DNA of 64,000 nt. Source: Ostreococcus lucimarinus (Eukaryota). The notes beneath the pieces were generated by a model. The model was not told where the DNA came from. It saw only the letters and a program-made list of their open reading frames with translations, and did no database searches. The DNA lies in NCBI GenBank assembly GCA_000092065.1, contig CP000598.1; one strand, given 5' to 3'. Made by a program: the position numbers and the translations under genes. Of this stretch, positions 1 through 10,398 are shown in pieces. Position 1 is the stretch's first letter; each line of letters opens with the position of its first letter.

Positions 1-1908
1 AAAAAGCTCTGCGCCGGGGACGAAGTGTTGATCCCGGCGGTGTGCTGGTCCACGAGTTTGTGGCCGATCGTACAAATGGGCCTGATTCCAGTGTTCGTGG
101 ACGTGGACGTGGCGACGATGAACGTGGACTTGGACGACTTGGAAGCGAGAATCACGGATAAGACGCGAGGCGTGCTCGCGGTGCACGTCCTCGGCAACAT
201 GTGCGATATGGACAGGCTGATGGATATTTGTGCCCGTCGCGACTTGCTCCTCGTCGAAGACACGTGCGAATCGCTGGGAAGCACGTACGGCGGGAAGTGC
301 GTGGGGACGTTTGGGAGTTTTGGCTCGTACAGTTTTTACTTTTCCCACCACATCACCACGGGCGAAGGTGGAATGGTCGTGTGTCAGACTCAAGAAGACG
401 CCGATCTCGTCCGATGCTTGCGCGCGCACGGCTGGACGCGCGAGCTTTCTAACAAAGATGAGTTACACGAACAAAACGCGCACATAGATTCGCGTTTCAT
501 GTTCGTCAACGTCGGGTACAACTTGCGCCCCATGGAAATCTCTGGGGCTGTCGGGAAGTGCCAGCTTCTTCGTCTGGACTCGATGAACGCCAACAGAAAA
601 GAAAACCGCGAGCGCTTGCTTCGAGCTCTGCAGTCGCACGATAAATGGAACGATCAATTCCGCTTCCCGGTCGCCCCGAATGCGTCCGCCGACCCGGCGT
701 GGTTCGGCTTCGTGGCCGTGCTTCGACGCGATCTGCAGAAGCGCCTGCCGACGTATTTGGAATTTCTCACCAGACACAAGATTGAAAATCGTCCAATCAT
801 CAGCGGTAACTTTGTGCACCAGCCGGCGATCAAAACTTTGGGATTGAGCGTTGACCCGAACGGATATCCTGGCTCGGACGAGCTGGGCACGTGCGGGTTT
901 TTCATCGGCGTGCACACGTATCGCCTGTCGGATGCGCAGATCTCGTACCTCGCCGACACCATGCTCGCCTTCGACTTTGACTGCGCCGTGAACAGAAAAG
1001 TCGTGCTCGTGACTGGTGGCAGCGGTCTCGTCGGTCGAGCGCTCAAAGAACACGTCAAAACATCGGCGAACACAAACGATTCATGGATTTTTACATCTTC
1101 CAAAGATGCTGATTTGTGCTCTTACGACGAGACGAAGAGGCTCTTCGAGCGATATCGCCCGACGCACGTCATTCACCTCGCGGTGAAGCTCATGGCGGGC
1201 GGCGACATGTCGAAAATGGCGGCGAGTCTCATTCAGGATAACAACGCGATTAACGCTAATGTTCTTCGTTGCGCGCACGAAATCGACTGCGACAAGGTTG
1301 TCTCTGTCTTATCTTCTTTCGCTTACCCGAAAGACGTGAGTTTGCCGATCACAGAAAAGCGACTGCACGACGGTCCTTGCCATCCGTTGTATGAGTCTTA
1401 CGGTTCGTCAAAGCGTAACCTCGAAATTCTATCGCGCGCCTACCGCGCGCAACATGGTAGGAAGTTCGTCACCGTCATTCCGAGCAATATATTTGGAACC
1501 ATATCGCAACTGCGCGAGGGTGGTCCGGTCATCGACGCGCTCATGAGCAAGGCTGCGCAATCCGCGGCTACAGGTTCTGAATTCACATGCAGAGGCACCG
1601 GTGCGCCGTGCCGTCAGTTCTGCTACGCACCCGATCTAGCGCGCGTGCTCATTTGGTCTTTGGAACATTACGACGAAGAAGAGCCAATAAATGTCGCTGG
1701 GGAAGAGATCAGCATACGCGCCGTGGCGGAGCTCATCGCCAACATGTTCGGCGTCGAGAAACGCTTGTCGTTTGACGCGTCGTTTCCAGATGGGCCCATG
1801 TACCGCACGCTAAGCGATGATAAGCTCCGACGTCTGTATGAAGGTTACGAGCAAACCGATTTCGAAACGGCACTTCGAAGCGTCGTCGCACGCGTCATCA
1901 ACGCGTAA
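1..1908 (+). CDS. 5'-truncated bifunctional-looking protein. The N-terminal DegT/ColD-like PLP sugar 3-dehydratase domain (to ~nt 960) is fused in one open frame to a GDP-L-fucose synthase / GDP-colitose synthase-like SDR reductase (nt ~961-1908). An internal ATG at 961 could start a separate reductase gene instead.
   Basis: The frame is open from position 1 (KKLCAGDEVLIP...), so the gene begins upstream of the window. The motif FGSYSFYFSHHITTGEGG is DegT-like, with His in place of the canonical PLP-lysine (ColD/E1 3-dehydratase subfamily). The C-terminal half has KVVLVTGGSGLVGRAL (Rossmann) and YGSSK (YxxxK), typical of GER/FX-type GDP-fucose synthases. There is no stop between the two domains. 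Confidence 0.7.
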   Translation, partial: KKLCAGDEVLIPAVCWSTSLWPIVQMGLIPVFVDVDVATMNVDLDDLEARITDKTRGVLAVHVLGNMCDMDRLMDICARRDLLLVEDTCESLGSTYGGKCVGTFGSFGSYSFYFSHHITTGEGGMVVCQTQEDADLVRCLRAHGWTRELSNKDELHEQNAHIDSRFMFVNVGYNLRPMEISGAVGKCQLLRLDSMNANRKENRERLLRALQSHDKWNDQFRFPVAPNASADPAWFGFVAVLRRDLQKRLPTYLEFLTRHKIENRPIISGNFVHQPAIKTLGLSVDPNGYPGSDELGTCGFFIGVHTYRLSDAQISYLADTMLAFDFDCAVNRKVVLVTGGSGLVGRALKEHVKTSANTNDSWIFTSSKDADLCSYDETKRLFERYRPTHVIHLAVKLMAGGDMSKMAASLIQDNNAINANVLRCAHEIDCDKVVSVLSSFAYPKDVSLPITEKRLHDGPCHPLYESYGSSKRNLEILSRAYRAQHGRKFVTVIPSNIFGTISQLREGGPVIDALMSKAAQSAATGSEFTCRGTGAPCRQFCYAPDLARVLIWSLEHYDEEEPINVAGEEISIRAVAELIANMFGVEKRLSFDASFPDGPMYRTLSDDKLRRLYEGYEQTDFETALRSVVARVINA

Positions 1909-2034
1909 TACATCGGCTGTTTGACGATATACATCTTGTAAAAGTCGCATTTGTATGTCGCATACAGCTATGATGAGATAGTTCAGTAAGCGTAGCTCAA
2001 CGCTTTGTAAGTTGATCTACAAACTCTATAAACT

Positions 2035-3216
2035 CTACTTTTTCGTGCCGGCAAAGCTGTAGTGCGCCGCGCAAATCATCACGATAGCAGCGCCGGCGAC
2101 AGTCGACTCGGACAAGGTGGAGTAATCCATAAAGTATGCGGTAAAAAATATCAGCGCAAACTTGTTGGTGTTGTTGAGTATCGTAATACTCGTCGGGGTG
2201 ATCAAGCGATTGAGCTGAAACGCGGAAACGCTCAAGCAAAATCCTAGCGTGCACGAAACGAAGAGTGCGACGCACTGCGATTTTGTCGCGCCGCTCGCCA
2301 TAAACTTTTGTAGCGTCTCGTTTTCTCTTTGAGCGAACCCGACGATGGCGCACACGGGTAAGGATAGTAAGTTATTATAGTACGCCATGGTCCAGCTGTT
2401 CATATCGAGCTCGTTCACGAGCGATTTGACCTTGATTTGATACGCCGTCGTCGCCGCTACGTTCACCGCAAGCCAGGCGTACCCCGTAAAGTCAAAATTC
2501 GAAGCCGCGTCCAGATCGCCCGACGCGTACACCAACGACCCTGCGCACATTCCTAATATCGCCAAAATCCTCGGTTTCGTCTGCACCGTGCCCAGACAAA
2601 AATAATCCGCTATGGCGATCGTCACCGTACCTAAATTTCTTTGCACTATGAGCGTCGTCGCCGTCACGAACTTGAGCGCCAGCATGGACGACGCGAGCAT
2701 GGCGTAAAACAAAAGCACGAGCGCGAACCAACGTTTGGCTTTATGTCGCCGCACCGGCTCGATCTGCAGACTCAGCACCGATTTCCCGAACGCGAGCAAC
2801 ACCAGCGTCACCGCGTTTTGCGCGAACAGCACCGCGTTCGGGGCGGGGAAGAACCCCATGATTTGTTTATTCAGCACGGTGAGCGCGCTGCCGGATAGAC
2901 AAAACGCCGCGGCGACCAAGGTGATCGTGACGACCGCCATCGCGACGGCTGCGTGTCGTCCGCCGTCGCGCGCGATCGCGTCGTCCGGTTTCGCGTCGAC
3001 TCGAGGCCCGCCGTCTCGCGAGCCGCGCCGACGACTGACTCGCGCGCGTTTTGAATTCGTCCGTCGATTTCCGGAATTCCAAAATTCCACGTCAAAATTT
3101 TGCGCCGCGCCGCGTCCGGCTGGCGCCGCACCACTCCGCACGGGCGATCGCGCCCGGAAAGCGATCGGATCGTCGGGAAACTGATCAATAAACGACGTGC
3201 AATATTTTGATAGCAT
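2035..3216 (-). CDS. Golgi nucleotide-sugar transporter, TPT/GDP-sugar-transporter-like. It has a long Arg-rich N-terminal extension if the ATG at 3216 is used; an alternative ATG at 2940 lies just before the first transmembrane segment.
   Basis: The ORF is 393 aa with multiple hydrophobic segments (IVQRNLGTVTIAIADYFCLGT, AYFMDYS...) and resembles the SLC35C/VRG4 family. It ends ...AGTKK. The ATG at 3214-3216 was verified on the minus strand. Confidence 0.6.
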   Translation of the reverse strand: MLSKYCTSFIDQFPDDPIAFRARSPVRSGAAPAGRGAAQNFDVEFWNSGNRRTNSKRARVSRRRGSRDGGPRVDAKPDDAIARDGGRHAAVAMAVVTITLVAAAFCLSGSALTVLNKQIMGFFPAPNAVLFAQNAVTLVLLAFGKSVLSLQIEPVRRHKAKRWFALVLLFYAMLASSMLALKFVTATTLIVQRNLGTVTIAIADYFCLGTVQTKPRILAILGMCAGSLVYASGDLDAASNFDFTGYAWLAVNVAATTAYQIKVKSLVNELDMNSWTMAYYNNLLSLPVCAIVGFAQRENETLQKFMASGATKSQCVALFVSCTLGFCLSVSAFQLNRLITPTSITILNNTNKFALIFFTAYFMDYSTLSESTVAGAAIVMICAAHYSFAGTKK

Positions 3217-3287
3217 TAATATATTATTAAATATGATAATTCAGATCCGTCTGGTCATCGCAAACCCTGGATCCTTCGGACTGTGCT

Positions 3288-3930
3288 GATTCGACCCCCT
3301 GGAAATTTCAGACAGTTTCCCAAACGAGGCCCGTTTTTTCAAACGCCACCAGTGAGTTTTTTGAGCCCATTTGACCGACCGTGACTCAAGAACGACCCCC
3401 TCATTGTGTACATTCACTACTCTACGCGCGCGACGCGCCCGCGAACGCGCGAGAAAAGCGCACGGCGCGGTCGTACACGAACTTTTTTCTCTTCGCAGCG
3501 ACTTTTACGCGTCGAGACGTCCCAGCGACGGCTGGGGATCGCCATTTGATGCGATTTTGGACGATTTTGGCATTCGAGTCCCACGTGCTAAGTTGAGTCA
3601 TGACTCGTCAAATTTAGTAAAATTCAACACGCTTTTGCGGCGCCGTGAACGCGCACTTCGAAATAAAAACAAATTCACATCGCGTGAATCATTTGAGGTA
3701 AGCTTGAACGTTCAGAATACTCCGTGAAACTGCCTTGAACACCTTCGATTAAGATGTCAAACGTGTCGAATTTGGTACTTTTTTGTGAATTTGGGATATT
3801 TCACGCCGCGTTATCTCTCAATCGCGCGCTTTCCCCGCACGTCGGTTGACCTACACGCTCGTGAAATGTCTGAATGACCCCCTGTTTCAGGGGATCTGGA
3901 AACTGTCTGAAATTTCCAGGGGGTCGAATC
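3288..3930. repeat. MITE-like structure: a perfect 33-bp terminal inverted repeat (tgattcgaccccctggaaatttcagacagtttcc at 3288-3320, with its reverse complement at 3898-3930) enclosing ~577 bp of non-coding DNA.
   Basis: I matched the two arms base for base. There is no long ORF inside. The structure sits in the divergent intergenic region between the transporter (-) and the dehydratase (+). Confidence 0.55.
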
Positions 3931-4259
3931 CGCAAAGTCCCGGAAATTTCGAAAATTTGGATTCCTGCGCAGCGGGTGTCCCGCGATGATGATCGAAATC
4001 GTCTCGCATCATCGTATTCAGAGATGTATGAAATCTATGAAAATACGAAATGTGATTTAAATCAGTTTTTCCCGACGCCGCACCGACGTTCGTTTCTGCG
4101 CGCGCCGGTGCGCGCGGCGCCAATAGGCGAGGCGTCGCGTCGAGATCTCGTGAGCGTCGTCATCGAGCGCCCTCGAGGCGCGCGCGGTATTCGCGAGCAT
4201 GTCGTCGAGATAATCTCCGAAAATCTAGACGCGCTCGACCGAGACGCCCGTCCGCCCGC

Positions 4260-5450
4260 ATGCGCATCCTTCTCACCGGTGGCGCCGGCTTCATCGGCTC
4301 GCACGTCGCCGAGCGCCTCGCGTCGAGGCATCCCGAGTACACGGTGCGCGCACGATTTCGACCACGTGTGCGTGCGTCGAACAACGCACGGACTTTGCAC
4401 CCATCTCTCGCGCGAACGACTGACCGCGAACGACTCGTCGCGCTCGGACAGATTGTCGTCCTGGACAAGCTCGACTATTGCTCGAGCTTGAAAAATCTCG
4501 AACGCGCGAAAGAATGCGCGAACGTGCGGTTCGTCAAGGGCGATGTGCGTTCGTTCGATTTATTGAGTTACGTCTTGCAAAGCGAGCGCATCGACACCGT
4601 CGTGCACTTCGCCGCGCAGAGTCACGTGGACAACTCTTTCGGGAACTCGTACGAGTTCACGAAGAATAACATCGAGGGCACGCACGCGTTACTCGAGGCG
4701 TGCGTGCGAGCGCAGACGACCGAAATTCGACGATTCCTGCACGTGTCCACGGATGAGGTATACGGGGAAAATCTCATGGATTCAAACACCGAGCACGCGG
4801 CGCTCCTGACGCCCACCAACCCGTACGCCGCGACCAAGGCGGGCGCGGAGATGCTCGTCATGGCGTACGGACGCTCGTACGGATTGCCGTACATCATCAC
4901 TCGCGGAAACAACGTGTACGGGCCGAATCAGTATCCAGAGAAGGCGATTCCAAAGTTTTCAATCCTCGCGAAACGCGGGGAAAAGATTTCTATACACGGC
5001 GACGGCGACGTGACGCGTTCGTACATGCACGTCGACGATGCGGGTTCGGCGTTCGACGTCATTCTCCACCGCGGAACGCCGGCGCAGATTTATAACATCG
5101 GCTCGCGCGAAGAACGGACGATCTTGTCCGTCGCTCGGGATGTCTGTAAGCTCCTCGATCGCGACCCGGAAACGACCATCGAGCACGTGAGCGATCGAGC
5201 CTTCAACGACCGAAGATATTTCATCGATTGCTCAAAGCTTTTAGCGCTCGGATGGCGACAAGAAAAGTCCTGGGACGTCGGTCTCGCGGAAACCGTGCGT
5301 TGGTACTCGAATAACGATTTGAGCGCGTACTGGGGCGAATTCTCACCCGCGTTGCGCCCGCACCCTTCGGCGAGCGCGGATGGGCGACGACGATCGCTCG
5401 AGTTTGATTTCACGAATGATTCTGACGATCGCGCGACACCGACTTTGTAA
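4260..5450 (+). CDS. NAD-dependent dTDP/UDP-glucose 4,6-dehydratase (RmlB/UGD-like). It may contain a 108-nt in-frame intron at 4344-4451.
   Basis: The protein starts MRILLTGGAGFIGSHV and has YAATK (YxxxK). It is collinear with RmlB except for a 36-aa Arg-rich insertion between HPEYT and VVLDKLDY. That insertion is bounded by GT...AG (gtgcgc...cggacag). Confidence 0.8.
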   Translation: MRILLTGGAGFIGSHVAERLASRHPEYTVRARFRPRVRASNNARTLHPSLARTTDRERLVALGQIVVLDKLDYCSSLKNLERAKECANVRFVKGDVRSFDLLSYVLQSERIDTVVHFAAQSHVDNSFGNSYEFTKNNIEGTHALLEACVRAQTTEIRRFLHVSTDEVYGENLMDSNTEHAALLTPTNPYAATKAGAEMLVMAYGRSYGLPYIITRGNNVYGPNQYPEKAIPKFSILAKRGEKISIHGDGDVTRSYMHVDDAGSAFDVILHRGTPAQIYNIGSREERTILSVARDVCKLLDRDPETTIEHVSDRAFNDRRYFIDCSKLLALGWRQEKSWDVGLAETVRWYSNNDLSAYWGEFSPALRPHPSASADGRRRSLEFDFTNDSDDRATPTL

Positions 5451-5779
5451 TACGCGCATCTATCTTCCTCGGGCGCGAGTATCACTTTGCGCGTCCATGT
5501 AATTATTTGCGGCGCGCTGTTGGAGGCGGGTTGAAAAACACCCCGCGTGGCGTCACGCGTCACTCACCGCCTCGCTTCGCTCGATTATGACACGCGTCTC
5601 AATCGCTTGAGAGGAGGCAGAGAAAGCATGCTTTCCTAGCAACAGCCTTTATTTTTCGACCGAGGCGCGGACGAGTCGCGGGGACGCCGCGACGGCGTTC
5701 GGTTTTCGCGAAGGGAAACGACGCACTGAGGGGTGACGCGCACGACCGTTGGGGCGGAGGGGCGTTTTTCTAAGCGGCG

Positions 5780-7192
5780 ATGGATCATGGATGCCAACCA
5801 CCACGGACGTTTCAAGCGAGGCACTCGTGTCGACTGTGGTTCGTTTTCACCGTCTCAGTGGCGTGCGTCGTCGTCGGATCGCGCGGGGCGTCGTACGGAA
5901 CGTACGAGAACGACGGCGGTGTCACTCGGGAGCGGCGCGCGGATCGTGCGCGACGACCGGCTATAGAGTCTAGATCATCCTTGAGCGAAGTGACTCGTGA
6001 AACGTACGAGCGCGCACGAACGGTCTTCGAGGAATTTTTAAATGAGCGGAGCGCGCAGTGCGGGCGCGCGTTCACGGAGACGCGCACGCACTTTGGCGCT
6101 CCCGTGGAAACACCTCCATACCCTGGGGGACCTCCTCCTGGTACCGGTGCGGTGCTCACAGAGATGGTGCGAGCTGCGGCGGCGGCGTGGCATAGAAACA
6201 TGTCGTACGTGATGCGTGGTAAATGGGCGTTGGTTTCGGATAGCGACTGCGCTGAGGCAGAGTTTCAAGGATTTGCCTGCATGTTCCCAGGATTGTCGCG
6301 CTCGTGTCGAGCCTTGGAAGGTGAAAACCCGATGTTGAATTTACAAGACGCGCAAGACTTCTGGCGTCACTGGAGCAAAAATCTCAGCGTTGATGCGATT
6401 TTTTTATTTGGGCTCGCCGCGGATGCGCTGACAGACGTCCGTCGCGCGAGCGTCAAAGTGAAGAGTTTTCTCGAACACGACCTATCGAGTGCATTAGCGG
6501 GATCTGAGAGCGAAGGAATCGCAGTCGGTATACATTTTCGCAACCGTGGAGATATCAGACTCGATGGGAGATTGAGGATACCTCTGGAGCGTTACGTCGA
6601 GTGGGTGGATGGGCTTGGGAATTCAACGAAAATTCGTGCCGTTTACGTCGCCACAGATCACGATGGACTGGATGTTCGCGAGCTCAACGAGCGTTTTCCC
6701 GGTCGTTCGTACGAATTCCGAATGATCAAGCGTTTGTGGGCACCAGCGACCGCCACAAACCTGTGGCAGACGACGACGACGGCGACGGCGGGTGGTTTGA
6801 AGTTTGAAACCGCGAAAACACAAATGGTCGTCGAGGCGTTGAGCGACATCAACATTCTCTCGCACTGCGACGCATTTCTCGGCTCGATATCAAACTTTTT
6901 GCCCTTCATCATGTCGCTTTTACACGCGCGGGATCCACTTCGTGAACGCGGTCGTATTTGCGGTTTCATGAACACAAACGTAACCACTTTCGGAGGTCAC
7001 GCCGCGGCGGAAGAACTCACGAAAGCTACGAGCGAATTCGCCTCGGGGCTGGATGACGCGCACGCCGGAGACGTAGGATCAAAGGAAGCGATCGTTTCGT
7101 GTGTTGGGGATAGATCGTTACGCGACTATTGGATGGTGCTTTACGGGCATAACATTCCGAGCGAGACCGTAGACGTGCTGCCCCTGCGATGA
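5780..7192 (+). CDS. Type II membrane glycosyltransferase of the GT23 / O-FucT / NodZ superfamily (FUT8-like fucosyltransferase).
   Basis: The ATG is at 5780. There is an N-terminal signal anchor (LWFVFTVSVACVVVG). Conserved motifs GIHFRNRGD (compare HVRRTDK) and VYVATDHDGL (compare VYLATDDP) are present. Confidence 0.45.
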   Translation: MDHGCQPPRTFQARHSCRLWFVFTVSVACVVVGSRGASYGTYENDGGVTRERRADRARRPAIESRSSLSEVTRETYERARTVFEEFLNERSAQCGRAFTETRTHFGAPVETPPYPGGPPPGTGAVLTEMVRAAAAAWHRNMSYVMRGKWALVSDSDCAEAEFQGFACMFPGLSRSCRALEGENPMLNLQDAQDFWRHWSKNLSVDAIFLFGLAADALTDVRRASVKVKSFLEHDLSSALAGSESEGIAVGIHFRNRGDIRLDGRLRIPLERYVEWVDGLGNSTKIRAVYVATDHDGLDVRELNERFPGRSYEFRMIKRLWAPATATNLWQTTTTATAGGLKFETAKTQMVVEALSDINILSHCDAFLGSISNFLPFIMSLLHARDPLRERGRICGFMNTNVTTFGGHAAAEELTKATSEFASGLDDAHAGDVGSKEAIVSCVGDRSLRDYWMVLYGHNIPSETVDVLPLR

Positions 7193-7280
7193 ACGTAGAA
7201 ATGATCCATCCAACACAAATACTACTTGTAACTACTCGCAAGCTATTTTGTTCGCTATTTTGTTCGTTGTCGATACGATT

Positions 7281-8858
7281 TTATCGGCGTCCACCCTCGT
7301 CGAGAAGTCTTTTGATTTCCGCGGTGGGGTACTTTGACTTGTAGACAAAGTGCGGTAAAGGTCCCGCCGGATCGAGATTCTGGACGGGATCTGTTTGAGG
7401 CACCCATATATCAACCTTTCTGAGCCATTTCGCGGATATCGTGAATTGTTTCTCTTCGTGCCCGCCGCCGGGATACGGCCAGATGATCAAGTGCGAATCT
7501 TTCGCGAGGAAAAAGGACGAAAAGCCTACGCCGCCACCCGGGCAGACAAGAGTTGACGCGTTGAGAAATACGTCGATTTGTTCTTCCAAAGTGGTGTCAG
7601 GCGTAATGACGTAGTGCTTGACATTTTCGGCGCCGCGAGTCGATCGCAGCATACCGAGCACTTCCTCTTGATTGTCAAAGTCGTAAAAAGAGTACGAATC
7701 TTCCCGTCGCTTTGTGACGAACACAGTCGCGTTCTTCGAAGCCTTACGTTCGGGGTCGCGCCCGATGTTGCGAATGATGTGATCTCTGTACCCTTCGACG
7801 TCCGAGGCGTTCGCATGTAATATGCGTGCCAAGTGGTCTGGAGATCCAATGACGAGATGTTCGTAACACGTCGTCTCTCCTTGGGCGAGCGCTCGCAACT
7901 CTACGCCTAAAGCCCGCGAGAGAACCTCGACGTGTCTTTCGCACGCGGGGACCGCTAGGTGCGCGGTGTGGGGTAAATTCACCGGGTGGGCCGTCGTACA
8001 ATTCCTCATCACTAGAGCGGTGCGCTTCGTGCTCGCGCTATTCCAATGTGTTGAATACGACGAAGGTGCATCGTCAAGGTTTTGTGACAAGAAACGAAGA
8101 CGCGTCCAAATCCCAAAAAAGTTGTCTGCAAGCATATGCCCCCAGTTTCCAGCGGCAAAATAGGACGCCAACGTGAAAAATCCTTTGAGTTCAATCGGCC
8201 ATTCTCGATTCTTGCCGTTCGCGTCGACGTGAGAGAGTGTGGTTGCGTACTGAATGTCATTGGGCATCGCCGCATCCACGCGTACGACGCCGTACGACAC
8301 ACCAGCGGAGTAGTCACCGCTCGTCGACTGAACCGGATCCACCGCGTACACAACTCCTCGCTCGAGCCCCGCTTGCGTGAGCAATTCTTCGTCTCCAAAC
8401 AATGTCACCTTCGCGACGTATGGCGGGTCCAGAGGAGTCGCGCCGTACGCGGACTGTCTCGGAAACGACACGCAGGCGTGCTTCACGTAACAAGAAAACT
8501 GCGCTTTGCCGTTGACCGCAAAAGTTCTCTCGCAGCGTAGCTTTGACGCTCGGCGGTGCGTTCCCATCGCGCCGTCAACGCTAAACGACGCTGTCTTTGA
8601 GCTGTGAGAAGAGTTGTCAGTGCTCTCTCTCTCGCGCTCTTCACCGACCGAGGTCGTCGACGTCGACCTCGCCTCGACCCGTGGGTTGACGATATGCGAC
8701 GACGTGTCATCAAATCGCACGCGCGCCGTTATCGAGGCGAGAAGACGAGTTTCGCCTCGCCACGTGAGGCAGACGCTCGCGAGCGCGAGCGCGAGGACGA
8801 GGAGAAATAGTCCCGCGCGTCCAGGACGACCAGTGTGACTTCGCAGCGCTGAATCCAT
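7281..8858 (-). CDS. Type II membrane glycosyltransferase, GT61 / DUF563-like.
   Basis: The ATG at 8858 was verified. There is a signal anchor (LFLLVLALALASVCL). The C-terminal motif LEEQIDVFLNASTLVCPGGGVGFSSFF matches the GT61 pattern xEEQ(I/V)...A...HGAGLTN. Confidence 0.45.
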   Translation of the reverse strand: MDSALRSHTGRPGRAGLFLLVLALALASVCLTWRGETRLLASITARVRFDDTSSHIVNPRVEARSTSTTSVGEERERESTDNSSHSSKTASFSVDGAMGTHRRASKLRCERTFAVNGKAQFSCYVKHACVSFPRQSAYGATPLDPPYVAKVTLFGDEELLTQAGLERGVVYAVDPVQSTSGDYSAGVSYGVVRVDAAMPNDIQYATTLSHVDANGKNREWPIELKGFFTLASYFAAGNWGHMLADNFFGIWTRLRFLSQNLDDAPSSYSTHWNSASTKRTALVMRNCTTAHPVNLPHTAHLAVPACERHVEVLSRALGVELRALAQGETTCYEHLVIGSPDHLARILHANASDVEGYRDHIIRNIGRDPERKASKNATVFVTKRREDSYSFYDFDNQEEVLGMLRSTRGAENVKHYVITPDTTLEEQIDVFLNASTLVCPGGGVGFSSFFLAKDSHLIIWPYPGGGHEEKQFTISAKWLRKVDIWVPQTDPVQNLDPAGPLPHFVYKSKYPTAEIKRLLDEGGRR

Positions 8859-9189
8859 GACACGCGTTCGCGCGCGCGATCGACCGGGTGAATCATGGTG
8901 CCATCGCCGTCGCGAGAGGTGTCTCGCGACGTTTTAAACGCTCGATCGCTTTTGTGAAGTCGTCGAGCTTTGAGGTGCGATGTTTGCAGAATGACCTCTG
9001 AACCCGGCGGCGGTTTGAAGAGTAGTCTACCCGAGGTGCGACTTCATCGTGCGAGTATGTTTGGATCGCGAGTATTTGTACTGCATTACTTAGTACTGTT
9101 ACAAACGTATTCAGAATACTATCACGGCACTATTGCACCGTGTTACGTTCCCGCGCCGACAAAAATTGCAGTCTTTGTCGACGTCGCGA

Positions 9190-10398
9190 TCATCCATCCA
9201 TAATAGTCAACTTATCCCCCGGAAGAATTTCACGGATATCAACGCACGCATCACCTTTAGGTTCGAAATTTTCGTCACACCAAGTACACCCCCCATGATG
9301 TACGCCGAGGCAAGCTGAACAGTTGGCAAAGTGAAGCAAGTACGACGCGACGGCGGCGCCCTTTGCCCGCGGCGGTTTGTGCGCAAACCAATGCTCTAGA
9401 AAGCTGTAATGAAAAACTGGCCCTATGTTTACGACTGGGTTAATCTCTACTTGAAAGTGCGCGTCGGTCACGGTTCGCGCCATGAACGCAGCTAATTCTC
9501 GGAAGAAATCGCTGTGTGGTTTCCCCGCCGCCATGACGCTGCTCAACACGTCTATTTTCGAACTAAAATCAGCCAAAAGAGGAGAGATGACGTCCGGTTT
9601 GCTCGAATCAAAGTGCTGATATATCCCACCGCGACTCTCATCGCCCGGTTCGAGCACCATGAGCGCCTCGAACTCGCTCAAAATTGGCCGCCACGACTTC
9701 TTGCATTCCACGTCCAAGTCAAACGCCAATCCTCCAAACTTTTCAAGTAAAAGCGGTCGCGACATTTCCGCCAATTTCAACCCATGGTTCGATCGCGAGC
9801 TGTTCATTTTACGCACGGCCTCGTCCATGCCCTCGATTCCACTTTCTTTGGCGTACTCGTCCAAAAACTTGGCGATGCCCTTGTCGGTGAAGAACACGTA
9901 TCGCAAATCCGGCATGCACTCGAGGAACGATTTTATAAACGGCGCTTTCACGGCCGGCACGCACGTGGTCTTCCACGTGAGAAATCTCGTGTATTCTCGT
10001 CGCGATGCGCCCTCGCACGCGTATTCGGTTTGCGGGAGATCGTTTCCGCGCAAAACGTACTCGTCCCAAACGCGCGTGGGCGTCGCGCTCGCCGCGCCTT
10101 CTCTCACCTCGCGCACGCGACGAGGCGCGTCGCACGGTGCGTCACCATCGTCGCCGTCTTCGCGCGGATCGTTCGCGAATGCATCGTCGCCGCCGTCGGA
10201 CGTCGCGCGCGCGAATCCACCGTCGCCCCGTCCCGAGGCTCGCGACACGTCGGCGGCGAGCCCAGGGCGCGCGCGCGCCCGCCTCGAGCCCGAGAACAGG
10301 CGTCGTTCGCGCGACGACGCGACGACGCACGCCGTACCGAGCAGCGCGACGGCGATGAAAACGCGCTTACTCCGCCCCGCGCGCACCTTGCCCGTCAT
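9190..10398 (-). CDS. Type II membrane glycosyltransferase, GT32 (Gly_transf_sug, OCH1-like DXD) family.
   Basis: The ATG at 10398 was verified. There is a signal anchor (VFIAVALLGTACVV). Motifs PDLRYVFFTD and LLLEKFGGLAFDLDVEC match the GT32 pattern YGG.Y.D.D..C. Confidence 0.45.
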   Translation of the reverse strand: MTGKVRAGRSKRVFIAVALLGTACVVASSRERRLFSGSRRARARPGLAADVSRASGRGDGGFARATSDGGDDAFANDPREDGDDGDAPCDAPRRVREVREGAASATPTRVWDEYVLRGNDLPQTEYACEGASRREYTRFLTWKTTCVPAVKAPFIKSFLECMPDLRYVFFTDKGIAKFLDEYAKESGIEGMDEAVRKMNSSRSNHGLKLAEMSRPLLLEKFGGLAFDLDVECKKSWRPILSEFEALMVLEPGDESRGGIYQHFDSSKPDVISPLLADFSSKIDVLSSVMAAGKPHSDFFRELAAFMARTVTDAHFQVEINPVVNIGPVFHYSFLEHWFAHKPPRAKGAAVASYLLHFANCSACLGVHHGGCTWCDENFEPKGDACVDIREILPGDKLTIMDG

